From an archaeon (GTDB taxonomy: Archaea > Nanobdellota > Nanobdellia > Woesearchaeales > UBA9642): a DNA stretch of 64,000 bases. A model generated the notes under the pieces. That model was not told the DNA's origin, ran no database searches, and was given only the letters and a program-made list of their open reading frames with translations. Numbering within the stretch: position 1 is the stretch's first letter; each line of letters opens with the position of its first letter. Where the stretch lies: the NCBI GenBank assembly GCA_020057295.1, contig JAGVGF010000002.1, positions 203,878 through 267,877 of the forward strand, read 5' to 3'. The position numbers and the translations under genes were made by a program. Shown here one piece after another: positions 37,463-47,551 of this stretch.

Positions 37463-39178
37463 CTAATTAATATATGCGTTAGCCATATATTGTTGTGCCA
37501 TTCTATACGTGTTAAAAAAACTTGCATTTATAGCTATGCAATGTCTCATTATATCTGCCCATTTATCTTTATTACCATAAAATGTTGGTATAATAACGTT
37601 TTCTAATTTTTCATATAAATCTCTAGCTTCATCTTTCATATCCGAATCTTCTCTAAATTCTGCATCTTGTGGATGTGGCCCTAACGACCATCCAGTAATA
37701 TTTTCTACACATCCTTCAAGCCACCATCCATCAAGTGTTGAAGCTTGTGGTACACCATTCAATGCTGCTTTCATTCCGCTAGTGCCTGATGCTTCTAATG
37801 GTCTTTGAGGATTATTTAACCAGATGTCACATCCTGCAACCATTTTGCGTGCTACTAGCATATCATAATTTTGTAAGAATACCATTTTTACTCTACAATT
37901 TTCACTATTTATTTTGTTTGCTATCTGAATAACTTTTTTAATTAACTCTTTACCTCTATAATCTTTAGCATGTGCTTTTCCAGCAAATATTATTTGTATA
38001 TCTCCTACTTTTTCGGCAACTTGTTTTAATCTATCAATATCTTGTAATATTAAATCTGGACGTTTATATTCTGTGAATCTTCTAGCATATCCTATAGTAA
38101 ATCTTAAAGGATCGAACTTCATGTTAGTTTTTTGATTTACTTCATCTATCAATTGCTTCTTAGCTTCCATATGAGCATCCAGTATATCTTCTTTAGGTAT
38201 AGATAATCCGTATCTTAACGTGAACGGATCTCTAACCCATCCAGGAACATATTTATCATATAATGTCTTGAATGGTGGACTAATCCATGTTTGAGGATGT
38301 ATGCCGTTAGTTATTGCATCAATAGTATATCCAGGAAACATTTCTCTAGTTATTTCACCGTGTCTCTTAGCCACCCCATTTACATATGTAGAGAAGTTTA
38401 AGGCTAGTAATGTCATGTTAAAATTTCCATCATGTATTGCTCTATCCAGAACAAATTGAGGTGCATATCCGTTGAGCATTTTTTTAAATAAATCTGTTTC
38501 GAAAGAATCGTGTCCAGCTGCTATTGGTGTATGTGTTGTAAATACACACTTATTTCTTACTGCTTCAATGTTAAAACATTGTTCATCTTCACCACATTCA
38601 TAATTTTGCATTCTATGTAATAATTCTAATGTTAATAATGCGCTATGTCCTTCGTTCATATGATATTTTTTAATATTATACCCTAAAGATTCTAGCATTC
38701 TGACGCCGCCTATTCCTAAAACTATTTCTTGAGCCAGTCTATAAGATTTATCTCCACCATATAATGATGATGTTAATGTTTTATCGTAAGGTGTATTATC
38801 ATCGGTGTTTGTGTCTAAGAAAAATATTGGAATATTATATCCTGAACATCCTCTAATCATGTGTTTCCATACTCTTACTTTTACTTCACGTCCTTCAATA
38901 TTTACACTAATAATATTTGGCATTAATACCATGAAATCATTAACGCGCCATTCTACAGGAGTTTCAATTTGATTGCCGTCGTTATCGATTACTTGATGAA
39001 AATATCCTTTAGAATTTATTAGTGTAATTCCAATCACTGGTACACGCATGTCAGCAAAACTTTTGATTAAGTCGCCAGCAAGTATTCCTAGGCCACCAGC
39101 GTAAGTTGGTATAGAATGACTTATTCCAATCTCCATACTAAAATATGCAATGTGCTCACGATCTTGACCCACAACCAT
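37463..39178 (-). CDS. glgP: Alpha-glucan (glycogen/maltodextrin) phosphorylase
   Basis: YAGGLGILAGD, MNEGH, FTTHTP, ARRF..YKR, EASGTSGMKA. Confidence 0.95.
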   Translation of the reverse strand: MVVGQDREHIAYFSMEIGISHSIPTYAGGLGILAGDLIKSFADMRVPVIGITLINSKGYFHQVIDNDGNQIETPVEWRVNDFMVLMPNIISVNIEGREVKVRVWKHMIRGCSGYNIPIFFLDTNTDDNTPYDKTLTSSLYGGDKSYRLAQEIVLGIGGVRMLESLGYNIKKYHMNEGHSALLTLELLHRMQNYECGEDEQCFNIEAVRNKCVFTTHTPIAAGHDSFETDLFKKMLNGYAPQFVLDRAIHDGNFNMTLLALNFSTYVNGVAKRHGEITREMFPGYTIDAITNGIHPQTWISPPFKTLYDKYVPGWVRDPFTLRYGLSIPKEDILDAHMEAKKQLIDEVNQKTNMKFDPLRFTIGYARRFTEYKRPDLILQDIDRLKQVAEKVGDIQIIFAGKAHAKDYRGKELIKKVIQIANKINSENCRVKMVFLQNYDMLVARKMVAGCDIWLNNPQRPLEASGTSGMKAALNGVPQASTLDGWWLEGCVENITGWSLGPHPQDAEFREDSDMKDEARDLYEKLENVIIPTFYGNKDKWADIMRHCIAINASFFNTYRMAQQYMANAYIN

Positions 39179-39272
39179 ATATTCATATAATATCTCGAGT
39201 TTAAAAACTTGTTATACTATTTTTAAGGGATGACAAGAAAATGTATTATTATATGTGTTATTAAGAAGATTA

Positions 39273-39344
39273 TGGCCCCGGCGCGAGTTGAACGCGCTAC
39301 CTTCGCTGAGTGAGAGCGACATCATACCGTTAGACCACGAGGCC
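39273..39344 (-). tRNA. tRNA-Val (CAC), no encoded CCA
   Basis: Cloverleaf GGCCTCG/CGGGGCC, anticodon arm TCGCT-CTCACTC-AGCGA, T arm GCGCG-TTCAACT-CGCGC. Confidence 0.85.
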
Positions 39345-39433
39345 GTTTGAATATTTTATTGTCGCTTAAAGCGACATTTGTTTTTTCCGAGGTTTTTTAT
39401 AAAAAAGCTCGCCAGGTGTTAGACCACGAGGCC
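39329..39433 (-). mobile_element. 73-bp three-hairpin element flanked by 16-bp duplication of the tRNA 5' end
   Basis: GTTAGACCACGAGGCC at 39329-39344 and 39418-39433. Confidence 0.5.
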
Positions 39434-39458
39434 ACGTATTATGATAATTATTCTTCTT

Positions 39459-40625
39459 CTACAAAAATTCTACATCGACTTCCATTTGGTCCCATGTAGG
39501 ATATTGTTCAACAATTGCTGGGATTAGGTTTAATGATTTTAGATGTTTGGCAAGTTTTTTAACAATTCCTATGTTTGTTATTATTCTTAATTTTTTATCG
39601 TCAATATCTAACATATTATTTGGTATAGATAGTTCTTTAACAAGTTTGGAACGTATTTCGTGTAATTCTTTAAGTATGTGTTCACGTTCTGTTGGTAAAA
39701 TATTGGTTATTATTGTTTTATATCCGAATGATGGTTGGAGATTATGTAAATATATTGCTCCACGAACGATGGTTCCATCTTCTGTTACTATATCAAATAT
39801 TTTCTTAGTATTTTCTGCACGCAATTTCAATCTTTGTCTTAATTGTACACCATCTTTTAATTTGCATGTGCAGTAATGAACATTTGATTGAGGATATTTT
39901 GTTTCGGCATATTTCATCAATTTTAATGCTAATTCTTGCGATCCTTTAACACCATAAGATAGTTTGTCTTTAGTATGAAAATCTCTATCCACTAATTCAC
40001 AACTATTGGTATCAGATATCTCCAGTTCATTAAGGTTTAAGAAATCTATTTTTGGAATGAAATAATCAATTAATTTAATAGTTTGAACATCATATCCAGG
40101 AATGCTCGGAATTTCTACACCCAAGTCAAAAACGTATTTTCGTTTACCTTTATCAAACAATAAGTTAATATTTTTCCAATGCGTATCAATAGTGAAGTCT
40201 GGATGCACTCTTAATTCATCAAGCCCGGCTTCTTCTAACATTTTAAGTCTTTCAGGTCTTAATGATTCTAAGATTGTGTATAAGTGTATGTGATATTTTT
40301 TTCCAAATTCTTTCTTTAATGCTTTAATGTATCTGCATGTTCTATCTATTCTGCTCAATGGGTCTCCCCCCGTAAATCCTGCTCCTTTAGCTTTACATGC
40401 TTTAGATTCTTCTATTAAGGCATTTATTTCATTTTCATCTATTAATTGTCTCTCATTAGCATAGATTACGTCAGTATTTTTCTTTTGCTCTGATAATGGG
40501 CAATAGAAACAGTTCTTTGGACATATACCTGTAACAAATACTACTAGTTTTCTACCAAGAACACATTGTCTACATCCTTTAGCTAAATCATTATATTTCC
40601 ATGAATAATATTTTGTTTGTTCCAT
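39459..40625 (-). CDS. Archaeal radical SAM protein
   Basis: CPKNCFYC, TGGDP, HLYT, GLDELRVHP, NLNELE. Confidence 0.9.
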   Translation of the reverse strand: MEQTKYYSWKYNDLAKGCRQCVLGRKLVVFVTGICPKNCFYCPLSEQKKNTDVIYANERQLIDENEINALIEESKACKAKGAGFTGGDPLSRIDRTCRYIKALKKEFGKKYHIHLYTILESLRPERLKMLEEAGLDELRVHPDFTIDTHWKNINLLFDKGKRKYVFDLGVEIPSIPGYDVQTIKLIDYFIPKIDFLNLNELEISDTNSCELVDRDFHTKDKLSYGVKGSQELALKLMKYAETKYPQSNVHYCTCKLKDGVQLRQRLKLRAENTKKIFDIVTEDGTIVRGAIYLHNLQPSFGYKTIITNILPTEREHILKELHEIRSKLVKELSIPNNMLDIDDKKLRIITNIGIVKKLAKHLKSLNLIPAIVEQYPTWDQMEVDVEFL

Positions 40626-40666
40626 AGTTTCACTAATTTGCGTAAACAATTTTTGATACTCAAAAA

Positions 40667-41458
40667 TTATATAAATAATTTTTGATAATTATTATATATT
40701 ATATTTGCTGTTTCTTCTTCCGTTAATTCTTTTATCTGAGCAATTTTCTTTATAGTATATTTTACATTGTCTGGTCTGTTTGTTCTTCCAGGAAATGGAC
40801 TTAAGTACGGTGCATCGGTTTCTGTAAGTAATTGTGTAATAGGTGTATCTTTTACAACCTGTTGAAAATGTAGTGATCTATCAACGTTACATGGTATAGA
40901 AAAATACCATCCATTATCACGAATTCTTTGTACAATATGTTTTCTTCCAGAGAAGCAATGCATTATAACTTTCTTATCTTTCATATTTTCCTGTTCTAGC
41001 AATTCTACAACATCTAACTCTGCATTACGTGAATGTAATATTATTGGAACATTATATTTTTGAGCTATATTAACAAATTTTTTAAGACAATTTTTTTGAA
41101 TATTTTTTCTTTTATCATTCATAACTAATTCTTTATAGTCTAGGCCTATTTCTCCAATAGCTACACACTTTTTGTTTTTTATATTTTCTTCAATAAATTT
41201 TATTTCATCATTAAATTCTTTTTCTTTACCTTTCTCAATCATTTCAAGACAATGTATAGGATAAATTCCGAGTGCGATTTTTACTATGGAATGTTTCTTT
41301 GCTATTTCGATTGTTTTTCTATTACTTTCAACATCCACGCCATTAGCTACAACTATCTTAACATTATTTAAGGCACATTCATCTAATATCTTATCTATGC
41401 CTCCTTCTTTCTCATAACCTTCAATATCCAAGTGTGCATGTACGTCAACTAACAACAT
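40667..41458 (-). CDS. tatD: TatD family nuclease
   Basis: DVHAH, GEIGLD, HSR, HCFSG, ETDAPY. Confidence 0.92.
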   Translation of the reverse strand: MLLVDVHAHLDIEGYEKEGGIDKILDECALNNVKIVVANGVDVESNRKTIEIAKKHSIVKIALGIYPIHCLEMIEKGKEKEFNDEIKFIEENIKNKKCVAIGEIGLDYKELVMNDKRKNIQKNCLKKFVNIAQKYNVPIILHSRNAELDVVELLEQENMKDKKVIMHCFSGRKHIVQRIRDNGWYFSIPCNVDRSLHFQQVVKDTPITQLLTETDAPYLSPFPGRTNRPDNVKYTIKKIAQIKELTEEETANIIYNNYQKLFI

Positions 41459-41546
41459 GATATCAAGAACAGAATTGGTTTTTATAAAGTTAATCTAATA
41501 AGAATATATTATCTGTAGAGTTTTTATATTGTCATGAATATTATTT

Positions 41547-41948
41547 CTATTCTGAATGTATCAAATCTAGAATCATTTCTTTAATATCATTACGAACACT
41601 TCTTGCATAATCTAAGCCTAATCCGTAGGGATCGCTAAAAGGCTTATAGATTAATTTTCCAGAACTAGTAATACTTTTTGGACAATCATCAATGTCGCAC
41701 ATTACAACAATATTATCGACATCATTAATCATGGAACTAGAAAATTTTTTCACAGTTTTTTCTGAGATATCTATACCTTCTTCTAGCATTATCTTAATAA
41801 TGTCTGGAGCAGGATGAGCATATCTTAATCCAGCATTATTAGAAACGCCTGCACTTTTAGCATCTGATGAGTTTGTAAAATGATTATAATATCCTTCAGC
41901 CATCTGACTTCTAGCAATGTTACCATAACATAAAAATAAGACTTTCAT
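41547..41948 (-). CDS. LMW phosphatase / ArsC-like arsenate reductase
   Basis: CYGNIARSQMAE, VMC....CP, DP. Confidence 0.85.
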   Translation of the reverse strand: MKVLFLCYGNIARSQMAEGYYNHFTNSSDAKSAGVSNNAGLRYAHPAPDIIKIMLEEGIDISEKTVKKFSSSMINDVDNIVVMCDIDDCPKSITSSGKLIYKPFSDPYGLGLDYARSVRNDIKEMILDLIHSE

Positions 41949-42030
41949 AGTGTATTAGTAGAATAGCTGTTTATATTTTTATTGTATTAGAGTTCTTTAT
42001 CAGATATATCCTACTATTTTTGTTGTTTTC

Positions 42031-42399
42031 TCACTTTCTTTTTTTTAATTGTTTTAGATTATTATCAAGATCTATGCCGTACTTTCCGTCACCATATTTG
42101 TATATTAATCCATCCTGATTCATTAAAGATTGTAGATTTAATTGATACTTTCCTTTACCCGTAATATTTATTGCTTCAATGTCAAAAATTATTATCTCCT
42201 TATTATCATCATCTTCTAGTTCGTAGAAATAATTTATTTCATCATATGATTCTTCAACCTTCTTTTTAGCCTTACTGTTTTTATTATTTTTAACAAAATA
42301 GAATAATTTACCTCCGCATATACATCCGTTAAGTATCTCTTCAGAACCTTTTTCGTATACTTCTCCACATTTTACACATTTATGCTGCATCAAAATCAC
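42031..42399 (-). CDS. oapC: OapC/ArvC Zn-ribbon protein (DUF2072)
   Basis: HKCVKCG...IL.GC.CG...F.F; GKY.I.L repeats; third gene of the operon. Confidence 0.85.
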   Translation of the reverse strand: MILMQHKCVKCGEVYEKGSEEILNGCICGGKLFYFVKNNKNSKAKKKVEESYDEINYFYELEDDDNKEIIIFDIEAINITGKGKYQLNLQSLMNQDGLIYKYGDGKYGIDLDNNLKQLKKRK

Positions 42400-42812
42400 T
42401 TCTTCTTAATATTATTTTTACCTGTACCTTTTGAATATTTATTTATATAATCTTTATGAAAATATATTTCTATACTTTCAGGATTTTGTTTTAGTTCGCT
42501 TATTATTTTTGCGGGACCAATAATTGTTAATCCTGTACTTTCACCGATTAATATTTTTGCAATGTTATGTTTAATTCTAGTTATTAGATTATGTTCATGA
42601 TTGTCGTGTACTATTCCTATTTCTAAACCATTAAATTCATCGTTAATAGAATTCATTGTCTCTCTTATTAAATTTGCTTCATCAATACTGTTCAATCGTC
42701 CATCAATTAGTATAATATTTTCTTCTTTTATAAGTTTTAATATCTCTTCCATTCTGCCCTTAGAATTCATGCTAGAAAGTTTCTTATTCGACAAATATTT
42801 GAATTTTAACAT
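42396..42812 (-). CDS. oapB: OapB/ArvB protein (DUF2073)
   Basis: EA.LI..TM..I...F.G.EI, GLTIIGPA. Confidence 0.85.
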   Translation of the reverse strand: MLKFKYLSNKKLSSMNSKGRMEEILKLIKEENIILIDGRLNSIDEANLIRETMNSINDEFNGLEIGIVHDNHEHNLITRIKHNIAKILIGESTGLTIIGPAKIISELKQNPESIEIYFHKDYINKYSKGTGKNNIKKK

Positions 42813-42819
42813 TTTAGAA

Positions 42820-43470
42820 TTAACGTTTAACCTTTTTTCTCATAACAATTAATTTGTCATATAGGTCGTCCATATTCTTAGAAAACTTTGCGCTTATACC
42901 TATAACTTTATATTTTGGAAATGCTTGTTGTATCTTTTCTAATTTTCCTGATTTCAAATCTATTTTGTTGGCTATTATCAAGAAAGGTATATTTCTAGCT
43001 TCTAGATTACCTACTATTGTTAAATTTACTTGATTAAGAGGATTTTTTGTTGAGTCAATCATTATTAGAACTATATCTACATTATCTAGCCATTTAATGC
43101 TTTCAATAACACCTTTAGTTGCTTCACGTGCACGCTGTTTTGCTTCTTTATTATTCATTCCAGCTTTTACAAATACTTCATAATCTATACGCGTGGCAAT
43201 GCCTGGCGTGTCTATCAAATCAAACTCTATTTTTTTGCCATTTCTATTGACTAGTAATTTTTCTTTAACATTAATTTTTCTGGTTTCATGAGCTATATTT
43301 GAGATATCTGTAAATTCACTATCAGAATTAATTACATCTTTACACATTCTATTAGCAAGCGTAGTTTTTCCACTGTTTGGTGCACCATATATTCCTAACT
43401 TAAATATTCTTTTGTCAGCGAATATAGTATCCCATACATCCATAAATACTGTTTTAAGTTTTGCTATCAT
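42820..43470 (-). CDS. oapA: OapA/ArvA small Era-like GTPase
   Basis: GAPNSGKTTLAN, HETR, DTPG, EATKGV, NKID. Confidence 0.9.
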   Translation of the reverse strand: MIAKLKTVFMDVWDTIFADKRIFKLGIYGAPNSGKTTLANRMCKDVINSDSEFTDISNIAHETRKINVKEKLLVNRNGKKIEFDLIDTPGIATRIDYEVFVKAGMNNKEAKQRAREATKGVIESIKWLDNVDIVLIMIDSTKNPLNQVNLTIVGNLEARNIPFLIIANKIDLKSGKLEKIQQAFPKYKVIGISAKFSKNMDDLYDKLIVMRKKVKR

Positions 43471-43491
43471 AATTCACACTCTATTACACCA

Positions 43492-43505
43492 TTATCATAT
43501 GATAA
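43492..43505. promoter_or_regulatory. Perfect 14-bp palindrome TTATCATATGATAA, candidate operator of oapABC
   Basis: Between a minus-strand TTTAAATA (~43530) and the oapA start. Confidence 0.4.
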
Positions 43506-43549
43506 GAGAATTCATCTATCCATACAGGTTATTTAAAAAAGTTTTGATT

Positions 43550-43972
43550 TCAAGAAGTTATTTTTTGCATGGTAATATTTCCACCATTTTTTGTAACGTT
43601 ATTCATTCCCTTGCCTACTGTCGATGATCCTTTGACATATCCTTGTTGAACGAAGTAAACTCTTTCTCTACCAGCATATCTTATAACTATTTCTGGAGTA
43701 TTGCCAGCTCCGGGTATTATATCTATACTATAATTTGCTCCATTAATACTCTGCGGTAATTCAAACTGTCTATAATATCCATCTGTTACTGATTCGGCAA
43801 GTTTTATTTCATTAACAACAAGATTTTCAACCTGCTTGGCAGCTTGATCTGTCTTATCCCTATTTGCATCCACAAGTTTTGCTTGAATTACTATATAGAA
43901 TACTAAAAATGTCATTATCATGAAACCTGTTAGTATAACAAATTCCATTGATGTTTGAGCTTTACGATTCAT
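43550..43972 (-). CDS. Class III signal peptide (pilin-like) protein
   Basis: MNRKAQ/TSMEF + hydrophobic helix. Confidence 0.85.
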   Translation of the reverse strand: MNRKAQTSMEFVILTGFMIMTFLVFYIVIQAKLVDANRDKTDQAAKQVENLVVNEIKLAESVTDGYYRQFELPQSINGANYSIDIIPGAGNTPEIVIRYAGRERVYFVQQGYVKGSSTVGKGMNNVTKNGGNITMQKITS

Positions 43973-43981
43973 ATAATCACA

Positions 43982-44488
43982 CTATTTCAACTGTGAGATG
44001 TATACATATGTTGTTTTTGATTCAAATTTTAGTTGATGATTTCCAGGCTGAGGAATATTTGCTGTCATCGCAGTATTACCACAATTAGGAGGGAGACTGC
44101 CGCCGGAACATGCACTTCTAGGTGCACTTCCATACTGATACCCTCCAGAAATATTTATTCTTGAAAAGAATACTGCTTCATTTATTCCGCTAGACAATTC
44201 ATATTTTATTACCAACTCTTGATTGTTAAGTATATATACGTCACGGACATTTTTTGGATAACGTAAATCTTGTGTTACAAGTGATCCATCTGCTAATCCA
44301 TATATAGATTCAGCGTTAGTTATTATAGAAGTACCAATTTGTGTGATTTGCGTCCTTATCGATGCTTCATTAGATGTTTGTGAGTACTTATAGAAGAAAT
44401 ATCCTCCTGGTATAAGTATAGCGAATGATACTCCAATAATTATCAAGTATTCAACAGAAATTTGTGCTTTAGACTTTTTTAACAACAT
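43982..44488 (-). CDS. Class III signal peptide (pilin-like) protein
   Basis: KKSKAQ/ISVEY + hydrophobic helix; probable start MLLKK after GAGGTG. Confidence 0.85.
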   Translation of the reverse strand: MLLKKSKAQISVEYLIIIGVSFAILIPGGYFFYKYSQTSNEASIRTQITQIGTSIITNAESIYGLADGSLVTQDLRYPKNVRDVYILNNQELVIKYELSSGINEAVFFSRINISGGYQYGSAPRSACSGGSLPPNCGNTAMTANIPQPGNHQLKFESKTTYVYISQLK

Positions 44489-44673
44489 ACACCTCTTTGA
44501 TATCACATACACCTTATGTATAGATGTGTTATAGCTGTGTTCTTTACACGACCTCGTACACTATATATAGTTTGTACATTATACCTTATTAATGGTATTT
44601 ATTTAGTTTATGCTTTTAATACGCTTATAGAAATAGTAAGATTTATAAAAATGTGTTTAATTCTTGAACTTGT

Positions 44674-45747
44674 ATGAGCGAACACAACGGTGATAAGGAA
44701 CATTCAGAACATAATCATACTCATAAGAATGGATTCTTTTTAGGACTATATGATAAACATTACAAAGCATTACTAATAATTTCATTAATATTGCTTGCAT
44801 TCTCGTTTGTTGTTATTGGTCACAAATATGTTACTACAGGAGATTTCGTTAGCAGGGGCGTATCATTAACTGGTGGTTTAAGTATTACACTAAAAGCACC
44901 TACAAGTGATATTAATCCTGATGAGTTACAAGCATACTTACTAAAACAATTTCCTAAAGCAGATATTAACGTCAGGACTTTTGGTGCTGCGGACAATTTG
45001 AAAGTATCTATAGAAGCGTCTGGTGTTAATGATACAGAATTTATTAATTTATTAAAACCTAGGTTTCCTAATTTAACTGATGAAGATTTTGTTAAGAACA
45101 AGCAAACTGTCGGTCCAACATTTGGTGAAGCATTCTTTACACAGACATTAAAGGCAATATTTATAGCATTTTTATTCATGAGTATAGTTATCTTCTTATA
45201 TTTTGGAGAATCAACAAGAGATAAATGGATTGCATCAATATTAACAGTAATTTCAGCATTTATGATATTCTACGCAAATTCCGCAATAACATATCTTGTT
45301 CCAGTAATATTGTTCATAATATGTATAATTATATACATTAGAGATAGTATACCAGCATTTGGTATTGTACTATGTGCATTTTCAGACATATTCTTTTCAT
45401 TAGCTATATTTAATCTATTCGACTATAAATTGAATATTGCGGGCGTTGCAGCATTCTTAATGCTTGTCGGTTATAGCATTGATACTGACATCTTATTATC
45501 TGTACGTGTGTTAAAGAGACGTGGCGGTACAATATTTGATAGGACAGTTGATGCATTGAAGACAGGTATGACTATGTCAGTATGTGCTTTACTTGCTGTA
45601 CTTGCAGCATTAATATTTACACATTCAATTGTTATTAAGGAAATAATGTTTATATTATTAGTAGGGTTAATTGGTGATATAATATTTACGTGGATCCAAA
45701 ATGCAGGCATATTAAGATGGCATTTAGAAAAGAAGGGATGGAAATAA
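44674..45747 (+). CDS. secF: Protein translocase subunit SecF
   Basis: G.SLTGG, VGPTFG, GYSIDTDILL, GL..D...TW.QNAG. Confidence 0.92.
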   Translation: MSEHNGDKEHSEHNHTHKNGFFLGLYDKHYKALLIISLILLAFSFVVIGHKYVTTGDFVSRGVSLTGGLSITLKAPTSDINPDELQAYLLKQFPKADINVRTFGAADNLKVSIEASGVNDTEFINLLKPRFPNLTDEDFVKNKQTVGPTFGEAFFTQTLKAIFIAFLFMSIVIFLYFGESTRDKWIASILTVISAFMIFYANSAITYLVPVILFIICIIIYIRDSIPAFGIVLCAFSDIFFSLAIFNLFDYKLNIAGVAAFLMLVGYSIDTDILLSVRVLKRRGGTIFDRTVDALKTGMTMSVCALLAVLAALIFTHSIVIKEIMFILLVGLIGDIIFTWIQNAGILRWHLEKKGWK

Positions 45748-45788
45748 ATTTAACATATACTATAATTAATTAATATAAGTTGATATTT

Positions 45789-47495
45789 ATGAGTGTTAAT
45801 AAAATTTTTAAAAATTGGAAGATATGGTTTTTAGCAATATGTATAGTCATGGCTATAGTTGCTATATGGCCAAATCCTGTAGCTGATGGTGTAGCTGTAA
45901 GAAGTGTAATTAAAGATTCTGCAGCATCACTTGCTGGAATGCAAAATCCTAAACCCACAACAACACCGATGGGTAGAGAAGTTATTCATTACGTTAATAA
46001 TATTCCCATAAAAGATATTACTGATTATGCTGACATAGTATCGTCATTAAAGCCTAACACTACTGTTATTATCAAAACTAATAGAGATACGTACAAGCTA
46101 AATATTAAACCATTATTATTAACAACAGTATTGAATGATACTGAATTAATCAATTATACTGAAACAATATATAATTCTACAACCAATGAATCTTTCAATG
46201 TTACTGAAACTAAACTTGTAAATAAAACTTTACAAAAAGTTGTTGGTACTGAAGATATTGGATTAAGAGTTTATGATGCTCCAAAATCTAATATCAGAAT
46301 GGGTCTAGACTTACAGGGTGGAAGTAGAGTAATATTAAGACCTGAACAACAATTAGCTCAAGATGATTTAGATAGTCTTGTAGAAAATATGAAACAGAGA
46401 CTAAATGTTTATGGACTATCTGACTTGACTGTTAGACCAACCATTGATTTGGATGGTAGAACATTTATTATTGTAGAAATTGCCGGAGCAACTGATGAAG
46501 AGGTTAAGGATTTATTATCCAAACAAGGTAAGTTCGAAGGTAAAGTCGGTAATGACACAGTATTCAAAGGTGGTGCAGATATTAAACATGTTTGTAAAAC
46601 TCCTGACTGTTCAAGAATACAACAATGTAACAAAGGTTCCGATAACAGTTATTTCTGTAGATTCATGTTTGCTATAACATTAAGTCCTGAATCTGCACAA
46701 AGACAAGCAGACAGAACTAAAAATCTAGATGTTAAAATAGAAAATGGTGAAGGTTTCTTGAATGAAACATTAGACTTATATTTAGATGATGAAAAAGTTG
46801 ATAGTCTACGTATTGGTGAAAGTTTAAAGGGTAGGGCAGAAACTGAGATTAGTATAAGTGGTAGTGGGACCGGATTAACTCAGCAGGAAGCAATGAATGA
46901 TGCAACAAATAATATGAAGAGGTTGCAAACAATATTAATTACAGGATCATTACCTGTTAAGTTATTGATTGAAGATACAAGCAATGTCAGTCCAGTATTA
47001 GGTGGAGAATTTATTCAAAACACATTATTTGTAGGATTAATGGCTATGATTTTTGTAATAATTGCTATTATGATTAGATATAGACGTTTAGTGGTTTCTG
47101 TTCCTGTAGCTATAACATTATTATCAGAAGTTATTATATTACTTGGATTTGCATCTATTATCGGATGGAATATCGACTTAATAGCAATAGCAGCAATAAT
47201 TATTGCTATTGGTACTGGTGTAGATTCACAGATTGTAATCATTGATGAAATGAGCGGTAAGCATCAAAATGAAGAATCAACCGGATGGAAAGATAAAGTT
47301 AAGAATGCATTCTTTATTATAATGGCATCATATTTAACAATGGTTGTAGCAATGTTGCCTTTATTATCTGCAGGAGCAGGATTATTGAAAGGCTTTGCAA
47401 TAACAACTATTCTAGGTGTTTCTATTGGTGTATTCATTACAAGACCAGCATTTGCAGTAATCGCAGAAAGCGTCCTAAGAAAAGAGATAGAATAA
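45789..47495 (+). CDS. secD: Protein translocase subunit SecD
   Basis: GLDLQGG, RLN.YGL, GSLPV, GTGVD.QI, GFAITT, ITRPA. Confidence 0.92.
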   Translation: MSVNKIFKNWKIWFLAICIVMAIVAIWPNPVADGVAVRSVIKDSAASLAGMQNPKPTTTPMGREVIHYVNNIPIKDITDYADIVSSLKPNTTVIIKTNRDTYKLNIKPLLLTTVLNDTELINYTETIYNSTTNESFNVTETKLVNKTLQKVVGTEDIGLRVYDAPKSNIRMGLDLQGGSRVILRPEQQLAQDDLDSLVENMKQRLNVYGLSDLTVRPTIDLDGRTFIIVEIAGATDEEVKDLLSKQGKFEGKVGNDTVFKGGADIKHVCKTPDCSRIQQCNKGSDNSYFCRFMFAITLSPESAQRQADRTKNLDVKIENGEGFLNETLDLYLDDEKVDSLRIGESLKGRAETEISISGSGTGLTQQEAMNDATNNMKRLQTILITGSLPVKLLIEDTSNVSPVLGGEFIQNTLFVGLMAMIFVIIAIMIRYRRLVVSVPVAITLLSEVIILLGFASIIGWNIDLIAIAAIIIAIGTGVDSQIVIIDEMSGKHQNEESTGWKDKVKNAFFIIMASYLTMVVAMLPLLSAGAGLLKGFAITTILGVSIGVFITRPAFAVIAESVLRKEIE

Positions 47496-47551
47496 ATTTA
47501 TTTAGGATTATTATTAGTAATGTTTATAAAATTTCTACGCTTTCTAAATAT

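Noticed and set aside
39273-39344. Opal suppressor or tRNA-Sec reading of the TCA in the loop
   Set aside because: The 5-bp stem fixes CAC at positions 34-36, there is no long variable arm, and TGA terminates genes here
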